Positions 1 through 9,933 of a stretch of DNA of 64,000 nucleotides are shown here, piece by piece. The stretch spans positions 1,888,001-1,952,000 of the forward strand of contig OY760907.1 in assembly GCA_963664195.1 (NCBI GenBank), given 5' to 3'. A model generated the notes under the pieces. The model had not been told where the DNA came from, ran no database searches, and saw only the letters and a list, made by a program, of their open reading frames with translations. Position numbers and translations under genes: made by a program. How positions within the stretch are numbered: the stretch's first letter is position 1; each line of letters starts with the position of its first letter. This stretch comes from an uncultured candidate division Zixibacteria bacterium (GTDB lineage Bacteria; Zixibacteria; MSB-5A5; GN15; FEB-12).

Positions 1-527
1 TCCTCCTGTGTTGTTCCGCAGAAGAATTGCAGAGCCAAGACGTCAGCATCAAGCTCCAAAACAGGTTCCAGGACGAGCAGTTCAGAAGATCGTTTGCACT
101 CAACAAACAGATGATCAGCCGTATGATCGATTGCATATTGTGCCGTGTCTTCGCCTAAGATAACTCGTAAGGTAAATGCCTGTTGAGGGATAGAAAATGG
201 AGCGTCTCTCTCCCGGTCATTCCTTGTTCTGAGCCTTAGTGTTAATGTGCTGTCAGTTTTCGTCGGAACGAAGCCGATCGACGGATACACTGTTGACAAC
301 TGAATGGATAGCTTACCTGTGTGACTGATTGCTCCAGTGCCATCTGGCTCGCATTGCTCAAAAACCACTAGTCGTAACGGCTCGATTCTCAGATGTGGAA
401 TCGCTAACGACTTTCTGCGGGGAACTGGTGGTGCACCGCTGCTGACGTCCCACGTCTGTGTCTGAGCAGTGAGTAATGGGACCAAGAGCACGAGCACTAT
501 CGACATTAACACTCTGGGAAATGTCAT
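1..527 (-). CDS. Hypothetical exported protein, 3' end runs off the window
   Basis: Manual translation from ATG at 527 (MTFPRVLMSIVLVLLVPLLTAQTQTW...) is open to the window edge; AGGGAGG RBS upstream; signal-peptide-like N-terminus. Not in the ORF track. Confidence 0.6.
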   Translation of the reverse strand, partial: MTFPRVLMSIVLVLLVPLLTAQTQTWDVSSGAPPVPRRKSLAIPHLRIEPLRLVVFEQCEPDGTGAISHTGKLSIQLSTVYPSIGFVPTKTDSTLTLRLRTRNDRERDAPFSIPQQAFTLRVILGEDTAQYAIDHTADHLFVECKRSSELLVLEPVLELDADVLALQFFCGTTQE

Positions 528-704
528 GAAATGCCTCCCTGTGGCGACATGTTCGGAATTGCGAGACTGAACGTCAGAGCGGCAATCCGGTAGCCCGTGC
601 CCGGGTGGGTTTTTCCTCTGCCTGCGAGCTACGCTAGCATCAAACACGCCGGAGAGGACAAGCCTGTACCCCTCCGGGTGCTGTGCAGTTAGCGAGGAGG
701 ACGC

Positions 705-953
705 TTACCTGGCGTCGGCGCTACCCGGATTCTTGTTCTTGCGACCGATCAGCCAGACACCGGTGAGGGCGCAAACTCCACCCAAACAGAACGTAATGAG
801 ACTGTACGCCCACTCCGGAGCAAGACCGCTCCCCACGCCTGAAGGGTTGAGAACATACCCCGTTGCAAGGCCGATGGCCAAACCAAACCCCATCGGCCAA
901 CCGATGTATCGGCCCGTCTTGCGTTGTTCTCTGAGTCGTTCTCTTGTGTTCAT
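705..953 (-). CDS. Small two-TM membrane protein
   Basis: GGAGG RBS before MNTRERL; two hydrophobic segments (WPMGFGLAIGLATGYVL, YSLITFCLGGVCALTGVWLI). Confidence 0.6.
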   Translation of the reverse strand: MNTRERLREQRKTGRYIGWPMGFGLAIGLATGYVLNPSGVGSGLAPEWAYSLITFCLGGVCALTGVWLIGRKNKNPGSADAR

Positions 954-1007
954 GCCTCCTCCGATTTCTTTGTCCGGTTTCTCCAGTAGCAATCCGCCGG
1001 TCTCAGT

Positions 1008-1266
1008 TCAGTGCACCAGATCCCATACGAGGCGAAGCGCGATCCCGCCCAAAAAGAGTGTCCAGCCCGTGATGTGGTATCGATACCCCTTCGGCGTGAA
1101 CCAGGGCCGCATTCTTCCAGATCGGTTTCCAGTTCCGCGGATGGTACGATGCGACTTGGTTCATCGGCGGGTGTTCGGCTGTTCGATGCCGCAGCGCAAT
1201 CAGCGACAGTACTAAACCCGCGGAGACAAGTGAAACCGCTCCTAAATGAATTCCTGTTTCAAGCAT
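1008..1266 (-). pseudogene. Small two-TM membrane protein with apparent 1-nt frameshift near 1113
   Basis: MLETGIHLGAVSLVSAGLVLSLIAL...WKPIWK continues after removing one base as MRPWFTPKGYRYHITGWTLFLGGIALRLVWDLVH*, restoring a second TM helix; purine-rich RBS upstream. Confidence 0.45.
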
Positions 1267-1426
1267 GACTGTGGCCTTTCCTTCCTTCGATTTATCTACT
1301 CCGTCGTGACAGACTGGTACGAGAGGACCGTCATTTCCTTCCCGGCATCTCTTGAGCAGAGCCGGGAAGGCAACAGTACTCTCGAACCCCATCACAGGTC
1401 AGCTTTAAGCACTTCAGTGCTTAAAG

Positions 1427-2320
1427 CTAGATGATCATATCTATGATCCAAGACAACGCGCATGCCGCGTATATGCCGACCGATGCTACACAGAGGAAGT
1501 TCATTGGTCCACCGAGAAAGCACTTGAAGAGACCGATCTCAGCGAGTCTCCAGAGATCCATAACCTCGGGGGATAGCTCCTTGGAATCACTTTGCGTTCC
1601 AACCCAATCTTGAAACTCTTCCGACTCCAGTAGCTCAAGCATCAAGAAACTGTCGTCATTGTCAAACAGCGAACAGTTTGGCGGGAAAAGGTTCTCCAAC
1701 CCCTTGAACATTAGCGTTTCGTCGGCCAGTTGCTGCGGCATGTCGCCGATCGGCGGTTCGCCTAACGCGTAGCCGGTCTCACCCTCGGCGGGAATCGGTC
1801 GCTTCACCGTGTAAGAATCGCCGTTGTACGTGTATCTTTCCGTTACGTAGCCGTCATCAACATGCACTCGAATCAGCAACGTGTCGCGGTACGTCATCTC
1901 GAGCACCTCGTATCGTGTAGTGTCCTGACTGTTCATCGTCACACTGGTGTACCACATGAGTGTGCCCGACGGGTCTTCGACCCGCGATTCCCATTTATAC
2001 ACGTCGCCGCTCACGGTTTTGTCGGCGATCATTTTGCGATTGTGCAACTCGTTTTCTGCTGATGTCCAGTCGTATCTGACCGTCAAGGAGCCGTCGTTCT
2101 GATTCCGCTCGAAGGTCTTGAGAATGACCGCGCCGGTAGGCAAAGCAACCGTGCGTGGTTCGATAGGCGCTGCATCGGACACAGCAGTAGACGCAACCGT
2201 CTCCGTCTCAACCGGCGAGTTCGTAGTGCCTGGCTGTTCGCTGCTGCACGCAGCAAAAAGGTTCAGCATCGCCATCATCAATATCGTTGCAATAACTCGT
2301 TTGAAATTCCCCGTTATCAT
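1427..2320 (-). CDS. Hypothetical lipoprotein with Cys-containing hydrophobic C-terminus
   Basis: Lipobox FAAC; AAGGAG RBS; C-terminal KCFLGGPMNFLCVASVGIYAACALSWII. Confidence 0.8.
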   Translation of the reverse strand: MITGNFKRVIATILMMAMLNLFAACSSEQPGTTNSPVETETVASTAVSDAAPIEPRTVALPTGAVILKTFERNQNDGSLTVRYDWTSAENELHNRKMIADKTVSGDVYKWESRVEDPSGTLMWYTSVTMNSQDTTRYEVLEMTYRDTLLIRVHVDDGYVTERYTYNGDSYTVKRPIPAEGETGYALGEPPIGDMPQQLADETLMFKGLENLFPPNCSLFDNDDSFLMLELLESEEFQDWVGTQSDSKELSPEVMDLWRLAEIGLFKCFLGGPMNFLCVASVGIYAACALSWIIDMII

Positions 2321-2835
2321 AGTGTAATCTCCTTATCCATGAATATCAAGTAAATAATCCCGCAGGGTCCACCAAATCTCTCGTGCGGCCCCGTATCCCC
2401 TCAGCTTTCAATTCATTGGCTCTCCCGTCTCGGGCAGAACACACCCCGCCGGGTCCGACTATGGCGGTCTTTGCCCGGATACTCCGCCGCGCCAAACCCG
2501 GAAGGGGGCTATCGGTTGTTTTTGTACGAAAAGGACAACTTTGCGTACGCTCTGCCCCCCCCGTAATACAAACTGTGTGCCGAAATCGACACGACAGTCC
2601 GGGTTTGGCGTAACGTGTTGCTTTACAGTGTATTATAGGATCGTCGGTGTGAGCTTCAGAGCGGTTCCGGCCTGACCGGGAGAGAGGAAATACGCGATTG
2701 TGCGACGCGGATAAACGCGGTGAAACGTAAGTCGTTGTAGTGAAGGTGATTGACGTTCTGATTGGCGACGCAGACGGGCGACGCACTGACGCAAACTGTC
2801 AGGGGGGCCGTGCGCGGCACACGGGCGTGTGCCCG

Positions 2836-3198
2836 TCAAAAACCGAGACCAACGACAAAGTGTGAGGCTGGGGCAGACGACGCGTCTGCCGCCCACAAAA
2901 ACGCTGACGCGGTATCCACATGGGAGATCTCGTAAGGGAAGAACATGCCTAAAAGAATGTCAAGGACAGGTCGGTATGTCGGGACACGTAGCTCGCCCTC
3001 CCCAACACTCCTGTCATCCGTCCAAGGATGTTCATCCATCTTCTCCGGTATCTTGCTGCCAATCTGGTTTTTGACCCAGCCGTCACGATCCATGGACATT
3101 GCCGGGGGAGAGAGCCACGCAAAAAAGACCGCCACCAGCAGGCACAACAACACGGTTCGTGTCGTCCCGCGAGTCTTGAATGAACTTGCGCTTTTCAT
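2836..3198 (-). CDS. Hypothetical small exported protein
   Basis: Signal-like segment VLLCLLVAVFFAWLSPPAMS; GAAGGA RBS; 3' end overlaps a REP-like hairpin. Confidence 0.5.
   Translation of the reverse strand: MKSASSFKTRGTTRTVLLCLLVAVFFAWLSPPAMSMDRDGWVKNQIGSKIPEKMDEHPWTDDRSVGEGELRVPTYRPVLDILLGMFFPYEISHVDTASAFLWAADASSAPASHFVVGLGF
2871..2897. repeat. REP-like palindrome GGGCAGACG..CGTCTGCCGCCCAC
   Basis: Related copies at ~8444-8470 and ~8505-8547. Confidence 0.65.
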
Positions 3199-3265
3199 AT
3201 CTCTGTATCCTTCTCTCAGTCGTCAGAGCCGTAGTGCAGACTGTGCGGACGACTGAAAATCGGTC

Positions 3266-3290
3266 CACACTTCGACAAGCTCAGTGTGAC
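3266..3290. repeat. REP-like hairpin CACAC-TTCGACAAGCTCA-GTGTG
   Basis: Second copy CACCC-TTCGACAGGCTCA-GGGTG at ~58090-58114 with compensatory stem change. Confidence 0.6.
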
Positions 3291-3692
3291 TTATTCATAG
3301 TCTGTGTGTGGCCTGTCCGCAGTGTTGTCGAAACTTCAGGGCAACTCAGTTGCGTCAGTTTCAACCCACAACGGCAAGCTGCAGGAACCACACGTTCACA
3401 CGCCAAATCTGCGAGTCTACTCCGGGCATCGGCTCAGACGCACGTTTGAAGATTTATGTTGTCGATTTCAATGCTGTTCTCCCCGCCACATATCCCATCC
3501 CTATGAGCGGACGGTACCAACGTACCCATCCTACATATATAATCGCTTGTCGTGTCGATCTTGTCAAGTGGAAAAACATATCCCGTCGTCGCTTTTCCAC
3601 CCGCGATCAACCAGAATAGCCCCCCTTGCGAGTTTCCTTTGCTCCGAATCCCCTGCAAAGCTATATTGTAAGAGCAATTCAAGAGAGGGTAC

Positions 3693-4049
3693 ATGTCCGA
3701 CAACGCCGACGCTTTCGACAAAGAACGCAATGAACTCAACGAGTTGATTCTCTCCGGAGACAATCTCGATATCAAGCGGTTTTTTGCGCTCGACAATTCC
3801 GTCTATCGCGACGGCGCTCTCGACGCACGTACCAAGGAATTGCTGGGGCTGGTCGCTTCGCTCGTACTCCGGTGCGATGACTGCATCAAGTACCATACGA
3901 TTCAGGCCGGCAAACTCAACGTTACGGGCAAAGAGTTCGACGAGGTCATGGCGGTCGGGTTGGTTGTGGGAGGCTCGATTACGATTCCCCACATTCGCCG
4001 CGCTCGCAAACTCTGGGCCGAATTGAATGACGACGAGGGGGCTGACTAG
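3693..4049 (+). CDS. Carboxymuconolactone decarboxylase / AhpD-family protein
   Basis: GALDARTKELLGLVAS..RCDDCIKYH (CxxC + His) signature. Confidence 0.9.
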   Translation: MSDNADAFDKERNELNELILSGDNLDIKRFFALDNSVYRDGALDARTKELLGLVASLVLRCDDCIKYHTIQAGKLNVTGKEFDEVMAVGLVVGGSITIPHIRRARKLWAELNDDEGAD

Positions 4050-4089
4050 AACCTCGAGTCGGGGCAATTCGTTTTACAACTCTGGCATT

Positions 4090-5304
4090 ATGCGTCTTAT
4101 CATAGCGGTATTGATTATTGCCGCGTTTTCATTCATCGCCGTCTCCACCGGAGCGGTCACATTCACGGTTGAGCGCGGCACCGACCTGCAGGCGGTAATC
4201 GACCATGCTGCCGACGGCGACACGTTGTTGCTGGGAGCCAGGGAATTCACGGCTGTTCCGCGTTCCTATCAGGATCCACTGTGCGGCAACTGCGAAAATC
4301 CGCAAACGGAGGTCTCGGCCTCCGTAGGCTTCAGGATTATCGGCAAGGGACTGACGATTCTCGGCAAAGGACGGGATAGTACTGTTCTCATCACGAATGC
4401 CGGCTACGGTATCTATCTCGAAAACGCTAACGGTACGATCATTCGGGATCTGGCGATTACGGGGGGGAAGCGCGACAGCAACGGCAGCGCTACCGATGCA
4501 GCAGTAGTCATTCGACGTAGCCGGGTACTCATTGAACAGGTAGATATTCGGGATAATAAGAATCGCTCGTCGGATACTTCGCTGGTTGTCGGAATCGGAG
4601 GTGTGTTCGGCCGGGAAGGGTCTGAGATCATCGTCCGAGCATGCCACATACTCAATAACGGTTGGGACGGTATCGCGCTCTATCGTGGCGCCACCGCGAC
4701 CGTGTCCGATTGTCTCATACGGAACGGACGTGGCGTCGGAATCGGCGTTACCTGGGATGCTACCTGCCTGGCCTATCGGAACGAGGTGTCGGGCTACTGG
4801 AAAGGGATCGGATCGTTCGGCAACTCGATTCTTATCGCTCGCAACAATATCGTCCACGATAACCTTGGTTGGGGTGTGGCCGCGGCGGGGCAGTCGTGCC
4901 TTGAGGCGATTAACAACGTCATCCATCGCAACGGCAACTGCGGTATTGCTCCCTGGTCGACCGACTGCCGGGGGAGAATCATCAACAATATCATCACCGG
5001 AAACGGCTGGCGCGACCAGTGGATTTGCCCCTGTGTAGGAGTCTGGAATTACGGCGATTGGGCCAAATGGGATTTCCGCAACAACATCGTTTGGAACAAC
5101 GCCGAGGGTGACTACCGGGATATCTGGGAGCAGAGCGACATCAACGGCAACCTGTCGGTCGACCCGCTGTTGTCCGATGACGGTCGGTATGAGCCTGGCG
5201 AGGACTCTCCCGTTTGGCATGCCGGGGCGGTACAGATTTTCAATGTTGACGGGTCCACGTCGCATATCGGCCATCGGGGCGGTCCTCAGGCGATCCCCAG
5301 GTAA
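4090..5304 (+). CDS. Secreted right-handed parallel beta-helix repeat protein
   Basis: Signal peptide; LQAVIDHAADGDTLLL N-cap; repeated NxIxxNxxxGI motifs; GNLSVDPL...DSP tail. Confidence 0.85.
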   Translation: MRLIIAVLIIAAFSFIAVSTGAVTFTVERGTDLQAVIDHAADGDTLLLGAREFTAVPRSYQDPLCGNCENPQTEVSASVGFRIIGKGLTILGKGRDSTVLITNAGYGIYLENANGTIIRDLAITGGKRDSNGSATDAAVVIRRSRVLIEQVDIRDNKNRSSDTSLVVGIGGVFGREGSEIIVRACHILNNGWDGIALYRGATATVSDCLIRNGRGVGIGVTWDATCLAYRNEVSGYWKGIGSFGNSILIARNNIVHDNLGWGVAAAGQSCLEAINNVIHRNGNCGIAPWSTDCRGRIINNIITGNGWRDQWICPCVGVWNYGDWAKWDFRNNIVWNNAEGDYRDIWEQSDINGNLSVDPLLSDDGRYEPGEDSPVWHAGAVQIFNVDGSTSHIGHRGGPQAIPR

Positions 5305-5424
5305 TCCGATCTCAGCCGATTACATCTTGTTGACAGTCGGTTGAGAAACAACTAAGCTGCAATCTGTTTCGTACTGAAAACGTACAATATCAATAGCAAA
5401 TACTACGTTCGAGGAGGATGTATT

Positions 5425-6288
5425 GTGAAAAGGCTTTTCCCGATTTTGATCTTATTGTCTGGAGTGATGGCGCTGACGATGATTGGTTGCAGCGACGATG
5501 ACGAAGTAACCACACCCACCGAAAAAGAGGTCGGCAGTCTCAATGACCCACAGTTTCAGCAGGTAGTGAGCGCTATTGAAATCGCTGAGGGTTTCACCGG
5601 CGAGATGATCGACGATCTGCTTGACCAGATCGGACGCATTGATATTGCCAGTCGCAGCCCGAAACTGGCAGGAAGCGCGCTTGCTTCCGTGGATACTCCT
5701 GCTGATGTGTTTGAATTGGACTACGATACTCTGACACAATACTGGCACATCCATCTCATCGTTACGGACACTACCGACTCGGTGACTTTTACTTACACCG
5801 ACTCTCTGCAGCTTCGCAACGACGACGGTCCGATGCACTGGCCGGATACTACCATCAACGAAGTTCGCTCCGGCATGTCTGTTGTTGCCCAGGGCATTGG
5901 CAACAGCGACCAGATAGCCGCCAGCCAGAACTGGGTAATTTCCGGTGATTTGCACAACCAAGGTGTTGTCACGGTCGACGGCGGTGGTACACTGAGCGTA
6001 GATATCACCGAGACCGAAGATGCCAGGACTTGCGAGATCGACCTCGCCTTCACTGCAACCTATGACAGCGTTGTGGTCGATTTGAGTGACGATGATGCGT
6101 GCCCGACAGCCGGAACGGTCCGCCACGACGGTTCGGTCAGTCTGTCCTGTACCGATGGTACGAATACAGTCACATTGGCCGATACTTGGATGGCGCGTGT
6201 GACGTTCATCGGAACGAATGTCTCCGCGATCTGGGAGAATTCCCGTTATCGCTGGACCTATGCAGGTCCCTGCGACGAGCTTCCGTAA
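5425..6288 (+). CDS. Hypothetical acidic beta-rich lipoprotein
   Basis: GAGGAGG RBS, GTG start, lipobox MIGC-SDDD. Confidence 0.85.
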   Translation: MKRLFPILILLSGVMALTMIGCSDDDEVTTPTEKEVGSLNDPQFQQVVSAIEIAEGFTGEMIDDLLDQIGRIDIASRSPKLAGSALASVDTPADVFELDYDTLTQYWHIHLIVTDTTDSVTFTYTDSLQLRNDDGPMHWPDTTINEVRSGMSVVAQGIGNSDQIAASQNWVISGDLHNQGVVTVDGGGTLSVDITETEDARTCEIDLAFTATYDSVVVDLSDDDACPTAGTVRHDGSVSLSCTDGTNTVTLADTWMARVTFIGTNVSAIWENSRYRWTYAGPCDELP

Positions 6289-6318
6289 CGATTCTGCCTG
6301 TTTTGAATGAAGATAGCG

Positions 6319-6350
6319 AGCGGCATCTCTTGACGGGGTGCCGCTTTTTC
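6319..6350 (+). terminator. Intrinsic terminator
   Basis: AGCGGCATCTC-ttgac-GGGGTGCCGCT hairpin followed by a T run. Confidence 0.7.
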
Positions 6351-6378
6351 TTGACACCGGGGCGGAAAGTGCTACTTT
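6351..6378 (+). promoter_or_regulatory. Putative sigma70 promoter of tRNA-Ser
   Basis: TTGACA-16 nt-TACTTT about 50 nt upstream of the tRNA. Confidence 0.55.
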
Positions 6379-6425
6379 AGAGGCCGGTCATTGTATCCTT
6401 TGTGGTGACCTGCGATCATGATTGC

Positions 6426-6513
6426 GGAGGAGTGGCTGAGTGGTCGAAAGCGGCGGTCTTGAAAACCGTTGTGCCGCAAGGTACCGTGGGTTCGAATCCT
6501 ACCTCCTCCGCCA
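6426..6513 (+). tRNA. tRNA-Ser (anticodon UGA)
   Basis: GGAGG/CCTCC acceptor stem, anticodon loop CTTGAAA, long variable arm, GGTTCGAATCC T-arm, encoded CCA. Confidence 0.97.
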
Positions 6514-6574
6514 TATCTCGTTTTTGGGCAAATCCACAAGGCAATTGGCCCGAGGCTTGGAGGCTGTCCCATAA

Positions 6575-6601
6575 GTAGGTCGAAACCCCTGTGGTTTCGA
6601 C
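6575..6601 (+). repeat. GTAG-type REP hairpin
   Basis: GTAG-GTCGAAACC-CCTGT-GGTTTCGAC; sibling GCAG-GTCAGAACC-CCTGC-GGTTCTGAC at 20069-20095. Confidence 0.65.
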
Positions 6602-6877
6602 AACCGTGGCCGGGTCGCCCGAGGCTTGCCCCGGGTTTCTAGAGGTCGTACCCGTCGATCTCCAACTCCACATCTTCAACTCCTTGATACCAGCCAAAAC
6701 TCGACCATCGCCATTCTTCCGGACTTGTGGCGAGGACTATGCGTCGGATTCCCTGGCATGTGGATAATCTAGTATGGACAAGGCAGTACATCAACGATTA
6801 AACGCACTAGAGACCCGGGGCAAGCCCACGGGCCACCCAGAACGAGAGTTGCCAGCTACCTTGGGCCACCCGGCCCG

Positions 6878-7522
6878 TTACTCGCGGGGAACCGAGATCG
6901 CAGAATCCGCCATACCTACAGGCGACAACAGCGAATCCAGAAACAACCCAAACACCGTGTCATTGAAGGCGCTGCAGTGCTGGACGACAACTTTCTGCTT
7001 CCCCTTGTGCGTGACAGAGAAATAGCTGCAACAACAGTGATTTGGCTCAGCATCTCCCGACAAAACCTGAACAGAGTCGGCCTCAATCCGACGGATAGCT
7101 GCAGCAGCAATGTTAATGGCCGTGACACTATCTACGCTGACCTGTGCAGAAACTGCCAACGTATCCTTCGCTCTGACACTTGATTCGACAAGAAGATACC
7201 CCGCTTCTGTTAGTGCAAGGATATTCAGGTGATATGCCGGTAGATAGGGTGAATCGGGGGAGCCACGCTCCCAGACACACAGGATGTGTTCCAGGTTATG
7301 CTCCTTCTCCACTTCTGACCACGCCATGTCAACGAGCCCTGTCTCAGACCACGTATCAAAACACTTCTTGCAGTCTTCTGCTTCTCCCGGCTCTCCGGAA
7401 ACGTCGACTAGCTGTCCCAATATCTGGTTTCGATCTCCAATGCACTGGTCCCTGGGGCTGACACCTGCGCACGAAGTAGTCACGAGAATAAGCATCAGAC
7501 CTAGAACGGCAGTTTTCATCAT
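6878..7522 (-). CDS. Cys-rich lipoprotein, putative Rhs immunity protein
   Basis: Lipobox VTTSC; lies 17 nt downstream of the Rhs toxin ORF on the same strand. Confidence 0.7.
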   Translation of the reverse strand: MMKTAVLGLMLILVTTSCAGVSPRDQCIGDRNQILGQLVDVSGEPGEAEDCKKCFDTWSETGLVDMAWSEVEKEHNLEHILCVWERGSPDSPYLPAYHLNILALTEAGYLLVESSVRAKDTLAVSAQVSVDSVTAINIAAAAIRRIEADSVQVLSGDAEPNHCCCSYFSVTHKGKQKVVVQHCSAFNDTVFGLFLDSLLSPVGMADSAISVPRE

Positions 7523-7539
7523 AAGTTCTCACCTGTATC

Positions 7540-8406
7540 TTACTTGTTGCGGCTGGGATGTCCGAGTTCTGGTCTCACCAGTTCCTCGACATTCTGAGTT
7601 TCTGTCTCCGTCTGTGTCGTGGTTGTCCGTTTGCCCATGTTGTCGATAAGGACATGGATTATCTCGTGCACCAATTGCACCTCAAGTGGAACAGTACGTG
7701 TCCCGCCAGAGGGAGTTTGCTCCGACACTACCACATTCGGATCTGTGAACACATCAGCTTCTGACCCCTGACCAGGAGTGCTGGCCTTCTTCGCGTCGAC
7801 GGGCACAGCGACTGGCGCATTTGGTGACTGAGGATGTGCTCCAACTCTGATCACGTTCGGAAAGTCATTCGATTTGACAATCCCGATTATCATTGAACCG
7901 ATAGGCCCTGCATTCTCGATTGTCTTTATGGCTGTCTCAACCACAGCCTTATCCTGCGCAGTTCCCGTGAACACCTCGACCGAAAGCGAGTCGCCATTAA
8001 TATCGATAATCACGATAGGACAGTTCGCTCCGTATTGATAAGGCGCCAGCGCTGGATACTTCTTCCGGAATCTGTCGATCTGCGTGAAACGACCCAACTC
8101 CGCGTCGTAGTACCGAGCACCGTAGTAATAAAGGTCCAGGCCGTGCTCAACGTCAAGCGGTTTACCCGTGTACTTGTACGCCTGCCCGGTTCCCACTGTC
8201 TCTCCGGCGTTGCCACCAAAACAGTAGTATTGGTGTGTATCCCGACGGTTCCCAACCGAGTCAATCACCAACCGGAGGTGATCGTTGAGGTAGAAGTACA
8301 GCCGGTCCTCACCTTCCCGGTCGTCACGCGTAGCGATGCGCTGTGAGCCGGCGTAGATGTACTTGTTCAGGTACTGCTCGTTTACCGGGTCATACTCGGC
8401 GAGCAC
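7540..8406 (-). CDS. Orphan RHS repeat-associated core fragment with C-terminal HExxH metallopeptidase (M91-like) toxin domain
   Basis: YKYTGKPLD..GLDLYYYGARYYDAELGRFTQID..YQYGANCPI..IDING core; C-terminal LVHEIIH and EELVRPELGHPSR; N-terminally truncated (begins mid-core at GKVLAEYD). Confidence 0.88.
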   Translation of the reverse strand: MLAEYDPVNEQYLNKYIYAGSQRIATRDDREGEDRLYFYLNDHLRLVIDSVGNRRDTHQYYCFGGNAGETVGTGQAYKYTGKPLDVEHGLDLYYYGARYYDAELGRFTQIDRFRKKYPALAPYQYGANCPIVIIDINGDSLSVEVFTGTAQDKAVVETAIKTIENAGPIGSMIIGIVKSNDFPNVIRVGAHPQSPNAPVAVPVDAKKASTPGQGSEADVFTDPNVVVSEQTPSGGTRTVPLEVQLVHEIIHVLIDNMGKRTTTTQTETETQNVEELVRPELGHPSRNK

Positions 8407-8880
8407 TTTGCCGTCCTTGCGAAGAAACTACGAAGCTGCCGAGGGGCAGACGAGGGCGTCTGCCGCCCACGGAAAACTACCATGCTGTTTGGTCAATGAC
8501 CGAAGGGCAGACGAGGACACACGGTGTCACTGGCGTCTGCCGCCCACCACCCACAAAAATACTGATATCCGACTGTCGTCGTCGTACTTGGCGTACGTGT
8601 ACTCAGACTCGGAGTTCTGGGGGGCGAATCTTACTATGGCCCGCCATATTTGACTGAGTTCCCCTACTGGTATACTCAGCCAGCCTTTCGGCTTGTTATG
8701 CGATTCAGCTAGACAGAGAGCAACCCACTTCCCGCCAACGAGTTGGACAACGCGAAGACATTAACTGTCAGCAATACTCCGATTTTCATAAGCGGCTGTC
8801 ATCCTGCCCACTTTGGTGAACATTAGGCCATGAGACGACTATCTTTGCGGAAAAATCCCATCAAACGAGTGAAAAAAGAC

Positions 8881-8909
8881 TTGTCAAGTCGATGTAGTCT
8901 CATTAACCT
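8881..8909 (+). promoter_or_regulatory. Putative sigma70 promoter of porin-cytochrome operon 1
   Basis: TTGTCA-17 nt-TAACCT about 95 nt upstream of the ATG. Confidence 0.45.
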
Positions 8910-9004
8910 GAGTACGTAATGTCATGGGAGTGTCATGTTACACTCAGGGGCAGACTCTTAAAAACAGATCGAACTCGATGACAATAGGAAAAAGGAGGCT
9001 GTAT

Positions 9005-9922
9005 ATGACAGATCGTGACAGGGCTGGCCTCGCCCGAAACCGGTTCGGAATTCTGGATTGGGTGAAATTGGGATTGATTGTTGGAGTTTGTTGCCTGGGG
9101 GGCGAGGTGGCGACAGCGGAAGACTGCCTGGACTGTCACGAAGAGATGGCCGCTTCGTTAGAGGGCACCACCCACGATCATAATGCTGTCATGTGCGGAG
9201 ATTGTCATCGTGGCGGCGAACAGCACTCGGAAGATCCCTCAGTAGATAATATATCCGTCCCGGCGCGCGACGATGCCGCCGGCATCATAGCCACCTGCAC
9301 CAATTGCCATCAACCGCATCTTGAATTGGATAAGGTCGGATTCGATCCACACCAGACCGAGGGTATGTCGTGTATCAGTTGCCACAGTGTTCACAGCCAA
9401 ACGACCCGTTTGCTGCTTGACAACGGCGGCGACTTCTGCGGCAAGTGTCACACCGGCATTGACCGACAATTCGCCCGGCGCTCGTCCCATCCGTTAGCAG
9501 AAGAAATCCTGACCTGCTGGTCGTGTCACGACTTCACCGGCGCCAGCCCCGATTTGGGGCACGGCCGGAGCGAAACCTGTCTAAAATGCCACCCCGATCA
9601 GGCAGGCCCGTTCCTTCACGAGCATGAGGCGACCAGTTCCTTCAGCGCCGACGGGGAAGGGTGTGTTGCCTGTCACTCGCCGCACGGAAGTTCCACCGAA
9701 CAGCTGCTTAAACAACCGGGGAACGGCCTCTGTCGCCAGTGTCATGGGGTCCCGGTCAGACACGCGGTGGCCCACAACGGTCGCTGGGCAGATGTCGATT
9801 GCATGGTTTGTCATACACAGGTCCACGGTTCCTACGACGGCCCGAACCTTCTGGATCCGATGTTGGGCACCAAAATGGGCGATGGTCCCGGCGGTTGTTT
9901 CTGCCATAACGTAGAGAATTGA
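9005..9922 (+). CDS. DmsE/MtrA-family periplasmic decaheme cytochrome c
   Basis: Ten CxxCH motifs, GPFLHEH and CHSPHGS motifs, terminal atypical GGCFCH; AAGGAGG RBS before ATG 9005. Confidence 0.92.
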   Translation: MTDRDRAGLARNRFGILDWVKLGLIVGVCCLGGEVATAEDCLDCHEEMAASLEGTTHDHNAVMCGDCHRGGEQHSEDPSVDNISVPARDDAAGIIATCTNCHQPHLELDKVGFDPHQTEGMSCISCHSVHSQTTRLLLDNGGDFCGKCHTGIDRQFARRSSHPLAEEILTCWSCHDFTGASPDLGHGRSETCLKCHPDQAGPFLHEHEATSSFSADGEGCVACHSPHGSSTEQLLKQPGNGLCRQCHGVPVRHAVAHNGRWADVDCMVCHTQVHGSYDGPNLLDPMLGTKMGDGPGGCFCHNVEN

Positions 9923-9933
9923 GGAGAGAAGCG

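Noticed and set aside
6372..6697. Short ORFs overlapping the tRNA
   Set aside because: Translations of the tRNA-Ser antisense strand.
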